NCBI RefSeq assembly: GCF_000011465.1
Contig: NC_005072.1
Location: forward strand, 240,001 to 272,000
Direction of reading: 5' to 3'
Length of the DNA: 32,000 nucleotides
DNA from: Prochlorococcus marinus subsp. pastoris str. CCMP1986
GTDB lineage: Bacteria > Cyanobacteriota > Cyanobacteriia > PCC-6307 > Cyanobiaceae
The position numbers were made by a program, and so were the translations under genes. The first letter of the stretch is position 1, and each line of letters begins with the position of its first letter. Below are positions 27,567-32,000 of this stretch, piece after piece. The notes beneath the pieces are model-generated. The model worked only from the letters and a program-made list of their open reading frames with translations, searched no databases and was not told the origin of the DNA.

Positions 27567-29027
27567 TTGTCTTCAAATGAACTAGATGAAATAAAATTCG
27601 GAACTGATGGCTGGCGAGGAATAATTGGTTTTGATTTCAATCTATCAAATCTCTCAAGAGTTGTAGTCGCTTCTTGTCAGGAATTATATTATCAATACTT
27701 CGAAGAAACAAATTCTAAAAAAATTCTTATAGGGTACGATCGTAGATTTATGGCAAATGAGTTCGCAAAAGAGATAGCATCTTTTGTTAAAGGGTGTGGT
27801 TTTGAACCCATTCTTTCTACTAGTTATGTGCCCACCCCTTCCTGCAGCTTATACGCCAAAAAATTTATGTTTTTAGGTTGTTTAGTTATTACTGCAAGTC
27901 ATAATCCTTATAATTGGCTGGGTTTAAAGATTAAAAGTTTTAAAGGATGTTCTGTGGATGAATCTTTTACAAAGGAAGTTGAAAAAAGGTTACTTCTGGG
28001 AAACTCAATTGAAAGATTGGAAGGTGCATATGAAAAAGTTGATATTAAGAAGTTTCATTTAGATCAAATTAAATCTAATTTTAATATTGATTTTATTGCT
28101 AATAATTTAAAGAAAATGAATTTGCATATTTTTGTTGACTCTATGCATGGTTCAGCAGCCAATTGCCTTAGTCAGATCTTTGAAGGTTATGATTCAAAAA
28201 TTTTTACTGAAATTAGAGCAGATTATGATCCTTTATTTGGAGGAAATCCTCCAGAGCCACTGCTAAAATATTTAGATAATTTAACTAAAACATTAACAAA
28301 AACTTCTAAAAATGGTATTAAAACGCTAGGCATAATTTTTGATGGGGATGGCGATAGGATTGCTGTAATTGATGAAAAAGGAAGATTTTGTAGTACTCAA
28401 GTTTTATTACCTTTCTTTATTAGTTATTTGGGAGAAAAGAATAAGAATTTATATCCAGTACTTAAAACTGTTAGTGGTTCAGACATAATTAGTAATATCG
28501 CAAAAAATCAAGATAGAGAGGTTTTCGAACTACCGGTTGGTTTTAAATATATCGCAAAAAAAATGATTAAAGAAAAAATATTTATTGGAGGAGAGGAATC
28601 AGGAGGGGTAGGTTTTGGAGACTTTATGCCGGAGAGAGATGCTTTATATGCAGCTATGATTTTACTAAATGGAATCGCAGAAAAATCAAAATATTTATAT
28701 GAAACTTTAGATCAAATTCAAGAAAATTTTGGTCCAAGTTTTTATAGAAGAATTGATGTTAAATTTCCAAATCAATCAGAAAAAGAAATTCTTGAAAAAT
28801 ATATTAAAAATAATATTCCTTCAAAAATATGTGGCTATAGTATAAAAAGTGTATCAAATATCGACGGCATAAAATTGAGAATGGATAATAATTTTTGGCT
28901 ATTATTTAGGTTCTCAGGAACAGAGCCTCTTTTAAGATTGTATTGTGAGGCAAAATCTGAAAATGATTTAAATGAGGTTTTGGAATGGAGTCAAAAATAC
29001 ATAAATAAAGTAAAAAATATAAAATGA
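27567..29027 (+). CDS. Alpha-D-phosphohexomutase family protein (phosphoglucomutase/phosphomannomutase-like)
   Basis: The phosphoserine loop ITASHNP, the Mg loop FDGDGDRIAV and the sugar loop GGEESGG are all present. It has a TTG start. Confidence 0.87.
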   Translation: MSSNELDEIKFGTDGWRGIIGFDFNLSNLSRVVVASCQELYYQYFEETNSKKILIGYDRRFMANEFAKEIASFVKGCGFEPILSTSYVPTPSCSLYAKKFMFLGCLVITASHNPYNWLGLKIKSFKGCSVDESFTKEVEKRLLLGNSIERLEGAYEKVDIKKFHLDQIKSNFNIDFIANNLKKMNLHIFVDSMHGSAANCLSQIFEGYDSKIFTEIRADYDPLFGGNPPEPLLKYLDNLTKTLTKTSKNGIKTLGIIFDGDGDRIAVIDEKGRFCSTQVLLPFFISYLGEKNKNLYPVLKTVSGSDIISNIAKNQDREVFELPVGFKYIAKKMIKEKIFIGGEESGGVGFGDFMPERDALYAAMILLNGIAEKSKYLYETLDQIQENFGPSFYRRIDVKFPNQSEKEILEKYIKNNIPSKICGYSIKSVSNIDGIKLRMDNNFWLLFRFSGTEPLLRLYCEAKSENDLNEVLEWSQKYINKVKNIK

Positions 29028-29599
29028 AAAAATTATATTTAGCAAGCAAAAACCAAGGTAAAATTGAAGAATATAAAAAATTACTATTAAATGTAAATTG
29101 CCAATTATTGCTTCAACCAGAATCAATAGAAGTTGAGGAGAATGGGATAACATTTAGGGAGAATGCAATCAAAAAAGCAAGTGAAGTTTCTAAAAAAACG
29201 AGGAATTATGCTATTGCAGATGATTCAGGAATATGTATTGATGCTTTGGACGGTAGGCCAGGAATTTACTCATCAAGATATGCAGAAAATGATCAAAAAA
29301 GAATAGAAAGAGTTTTACATGAACTTGATGGAGAAAAAAATAGAGGTGCTTTCTTTATTGCAAATGTTTGTGTTTGTTCTCCTTCTAGAGATGTGATATT
29401 AGAATCAGAGGCTAAATGTTTTGGAAACATTATTCTAAGCCCTAGAGGAAAAGGGGGTTTTGGGTATGACCCAATTTTCGAGGAGAGATCTACCAGATTA
29501 ACTTTCGCAGAAATGAATAATGTTATTAAAGACTCTTGTAGTCATAGAGGTAGAGCACTAAAAAAAATTATTCCAGGCTTGCTTGAAATTTTTTCTTGA
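29024..29599 (+). CDS. rdgB: Non-canonical purine NTP (dITP/XTP) pyrophosphatase, Ham1/RdgB family
   Basis: Contains ASKNQGKIEE, DDSGICIDAL and GFGYDPIF. A 4-nt ATGA overlap links it to the upstream gene. Confidence 0.9.
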   Translation: MKKLYLASKNQGKIEEYKKLLLNVNCQLLLQPESIEVEENGITFRENAIKKASEVSKKTRNYAIADDSGICIDALDGRPGIYSSRYAENDQKRIERVLHELDGEKNRGAFFIANVCVCSPSRDVILESEAKCFGNIILSPRGKGGFGYDPIFEERSTRLTFAEMNNVIKDSCSHRGRALKKIIPGLLEIFS

Positions 29600-29601
29600 C
29601 T

Positions 29602-31125
29602 TCAATTAACCCAAGATCCATGAAGGCCATGTGGAATCGAAATAGGTAATTCATAAACAGCTAATTCTTTTAAGTCATTTGCGTCTAAGATCACTAAATC
29701 GCTTCCTCTTCTTTCTCCGTTCCATAGAAGTATAAATAAAAATCCCTCATCTTCTTTTGAAGAGTTTTCTGATGGAACCATAATTGGTTCACTAACGAAT
29801 CCACTTGGACCTGCTGACCAAGAAATCTCTTCCTTAGAAGTTAAATTTATTTTTTTTATTGCTTGAAGTGGAGCGTTCCCAAGTTTTTGAGATGTGCTTG
29901 CCATCCAACTAAAAGTTGCTGTTAGTCCTAAGTTTTTAGGATTAACAACAGCAAATTCACAACATTGTTCACTTAAAGTTTCAAGTTCACAAGTTTTTTT
30001 CTTTAGATCGATAAATGATCTTTTCAGTTTTCCTTCTGGATATTTATCAAAGTCAATATCCCTAAAATTCTCGTCTGGACCAACTGATGGAAAATCATCA
30101 TAAAAAATACTATCTAATACGATTTTGGAATCTTTTTCAAATGCATTTACATGATGAAAAACGAATCCTTCTGGAGCATCTATTGTTAACGGTGGCTGAC
30201 CTCTAAATAATCCACTTTCTCTGGGGATGATAAAAAACTTTGCCTTTTTATTTGGGTTTGACTTTAGACATTGTGCTGCTCCTCTTTGACCCATTACAAA
30301 TGGAAGAGGATTGAAATCAATAGCATTCTGCAAAAATATTGCCCAATTAGTTGTAATTGCGAAATCATGAAGGAATGCAAAGCCATTAAAGGTATCTTTT
30401 CTGTCGAAAATGAGCTCTCCAGAATTTAAACCAGTATTATTAAATTCCATTAATCTAATGGTACTTTTTGGCCCGGTTTGTACTCCAAACGTGACTAAAA
30501 GTTCTGAAGATGCTTTTGAGTTTAGGTCTTTTTTTGGATGTGCACTGAATGCTTCGTTAGGCTTGAGTACCCCTTTTAATGTTGTTAAACCAATAGTGTC
30601 CAGACTATCAGGATCTATTGCATGTGGACCGGCTGCTTCCCATAATGCAAGAATTTCATCTCCTAATTTAACGACATGAGTATTAGCGATATTCTTGAAT
30701 TTTAGATCTAATGCATTATTTAAAATTCCTCCATTTTTTTGTGTACCAAAAACACCTCTATAAATAAATTTATTTATTTTTTCTTCCTCCAAATAGCCTT
30801 TAGTTTTAACAAATCTATTTGTTAAGAACGGCTGACCATTTTCGAATTTTATGGATGTTATCATTCCATCTCCATCAAATGGATGATGAACCCATTGTCC
30901 ACCTCTCTCTAATATTCCTGGTCCATTTCTTAATAATGTTCCATTTAAATTATTAATATTATTACCTTTGCTGATTTTTAGAGGCTCATTGGTAAGCTCC
31001 TTTTCTACATTTTGATACGCACTTGACCAATCTTCTTTATTAAAACTTTTAGGTTTATCAATTTTTTTATCTTGTAAATTAGTCACAACAAAATAATAAC
31101 TTTGTCTATCTTCGCCAAAAATCAA
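29602..31125 (-). CDS. Carotenoid cleavage oxygenase (apocarotenoid oxygenase, RPE65/CCO family)
   Basis: Four His contexts typical of the Fe(II) ligands are present: AHPKKD, FLHDFAIT, FHHVNAF and PHGLHGSW. RNGPG and HPFDGDGM also occur. The start codon is uncertain, either the TTG at 31125 or a downstream GTG. Confidence 0.87.
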   Translation of the reverse strand: MIFGEDRQSYYFVVTNLQDKKIDKPKSFNKEDWSSAYQNVEKELTNEPLKISKGNNINNLNGTLLRNGPGILERGGQWVHHPFDGDGMITSIKFENGQPFLTNRFVKTKGYLEEEKINKFIYRGVFGTQKNGGILNNALDLKFKNIANTHVVKLGDEILALWEAAGPHAIDPDSLDTIGLTTLKGVLKPNEAFSAHPKKDLNSKASSELLVTFGVQTGPKSTIRLMEFNNTGLNSGELIFDRKDTFNGFAFLHDFAITTNWAIFLQNAIDFNPLPFVMGQRGAAQCLKSNPNKKAKFFIIPRESGLFRGQPPLTIDAPEGFVFHHVNAFEKDSKIVLDSIFYDDFPSVGPDENFRDIDFDKYPEGKLKRSFIDLKKKTCELETLSEQCCEFAVVNPKNLGLTATFSWMASTSQKLGNAPLQAIKKINLTSKEEISWSAGPSGFVSEPIMVPSENSSKEDEGFLFILLWNGERRGSDLVILDANDLKELAVYELPISIPHGLHGSWVN

Positions 31126-31158
31126 CTGAATTGTGGCTGATTCGAAAAAATTCCTATT

Positions 31159-31764
31159 TTATTGATTTTCAAGCATTCCTTTACTGCTTGGAATTGAATC
31201 AGATCTTCTTAGATCTATTTCGGTAGCCATTCTCATTGCTCGTGAAAAAGCTTTAAAGCAAGCCTCAACTATATGATGTGAATTGCTACCTCTTATTTGA
31301 TTAATATGCAGAGTAATACCACTGTTATTTACAAAGGCGATAAAAAACTCTTTTACTAGTTCAGTATCATAATTGCCAATTCTAGGAGCTTTTAATTGAA
31401 GATCATAAGATAGATGTGGTCTGCCGGAACAGTCCAAAGTAACTTGAACTAATGCTTCATCTAATGGGGCAAAGAAATGTCCAAATCTACTGATTCCTTT
31501 TCTTTCTCCCAAGGCTTTTGAAAATGCTTTGCCTAACGCGATTCCTACATCTTCATTTGTATGATGATCATCAATATGGGTATCTCCAATTGCTTTTATT
31601 TTTAAATCGAATAAACCATGACTGGATATTTGATGAAGCATATGATCTAAGAAAGGTATCCCGGTTTCAATTTCGGAAATCCCATTCCCATCTAAGTTTA
31701 TAAATACAGAAATATCTGTTTCATTCGTTTTTCTTTTTATTTCAGATTGCCTTAGAGATGACAT
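31159..31764 (-). CDS. hisB: Imidazoleglycerol-phosphate dehydratase
   Basis: Contains DDHHTNED and the SNSHHIVEA metal-binding His motifs, with RKTNETDI at the N-terminus. Confidence 0.96.
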   Translation of the reverse strand: MSSLRQSEIKRKTNETDISVFINLDGNGISEIETGIPFLDHMLHQISSHGLFDLKIKAIGDTHIDDHHTNEDVGIALGKAFSKALGERKGISRFGHFFAPLDEALVQVTLDCSGRPHLSYDLQLKAPRIGNYDTELVKEFFIAFVNNSGITLHINQIRGSNSHHIVEACFKAFSRAMRMATEIDLRRSDSIPSSKGMLENQ

Positions 31765-31784
31765 TTTTATGCAAAAAATTTAGT

Positions 31785-32000
31785 TTACATTCCATTAATG
31801 CAGTAACCCGCATCAACATAAATTGTTTGGCCTGAAATGCCGCTAGAGAGATCACTTAATAAAAAAGCAGCAGTATTACCTACTTCCGTTTGAGTGACTG
31901 TTCTGCGTAAAGGAGCCTTTTCTTCAACATTGTGAATCATATCTAAAATGCCACCTATAGCAGAACTAGCAAGTGTTCTTATAGGTCCAGCACTTATTGC
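31785..32000 (-). CDS. fabI: Enoyl-ACP reductase, C-terminal 71 codons. The gene continues past the window end.
   Basis: Hand translation of the reverse strand gives AISAGPIRTLASSAIGGILDMIHNVEEKAPLRRTVTQTEVGNTAAFLLSDLSSGISGQTIYVDAGYCINGM*. Not in the ORF track because it is truncated. Confidence 0.9.
   Translation of the reverse strand, partial: AISAGPIRTLASSAIGGILDMIHNVEEKAPLRRTVTQTEVGNTAAFLLSDLSSGISGQTIYVDAGYCINGM

Noticed and set aside
1302-31703. The remaining short antisense ORFs in the track (1302..1574, 3139..3468, 4728..4973, 8065..8325, 8966..9169, 10640..10846, 11791..12060, 17743..17931, 19535..19753, 22098..22298, 23342..23533, 23849..24250, 26776..27093, 28968..29153, 29894..30103, 30410..30679, 31518..31703)
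   Set aside because: Each is embedded in, or in the case of 28968..29153 and 22098..22298 largely overlaps, a stronger opposite-strand gene with clear family motifs. Their translations show no motifs and have the composition of reverse-frame reading.
1-32000. Search for CRISPR arrays, IS elements or transposases, integrases, phage genes, restriction-modification systems, toxin-antitoxin systems or other defence modules
   Set aside because: No spaced direct repeats, terminal inverted repeats, recombinase-like ORFs or defence-type domain combinations were seen. Essentially every ORF over 60 aa on the coding strand is accounted for by housekeeping or conserved hypothetical genes.

Overview
The window is strongly AT-rich and densely packed with about 38 protein genes and 2 tRNAs on both strands. 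It reads as core chromosome of a marine picocyanobacterium. Gene content, synteny and protein sequences fit a high-light-adapted Prochlorococcus best; this is inference from memory, as no search was possible. Recognisable genes in order are pth, psbH, psbN, psbI, an LptD/OstA-like outer-membrane protein, leuD, leuC, cinA, glyA, tRNA-Arg(ACG), murJ, sfsA, amt1, ispH, a DoxX membrane protein, purH and a carboxylesterase. These are followed by a soluble histidine kinase, cobS, tgt, psbK, a Gfo/Idh/MocA oxidoreductase, a CNNM/TlyC-type CBS protein, a CAT-anticodon tRNA, pyrE, a YgfZ-like protein, a TM0106-type RecB-like nuclease, a phosphohexomutase, rdgB, a carotenoid cleavage oxygenase, hisB and the 3' end of fabI. 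Three photosystem II genes (psbN, psbI, psbK) fall below the ORF-track size cutoff and were found by direct translation. I found no CRISPR array, mobile element, integrase, toxin-antitoxin pair or defence-island-like cluster, and no convincing previously undescribed system. The least understood items are the three-module Fe-S nuclease/exonuclease protein (26079..27497), an NtcA box plus a terminator-like hairpin in front of amt1, several conserved hypothetical proteins, and the near-total lack of spacer or terminators at convergent gene junctions. All long antisense ORFs in the track look like shadow ORFs.
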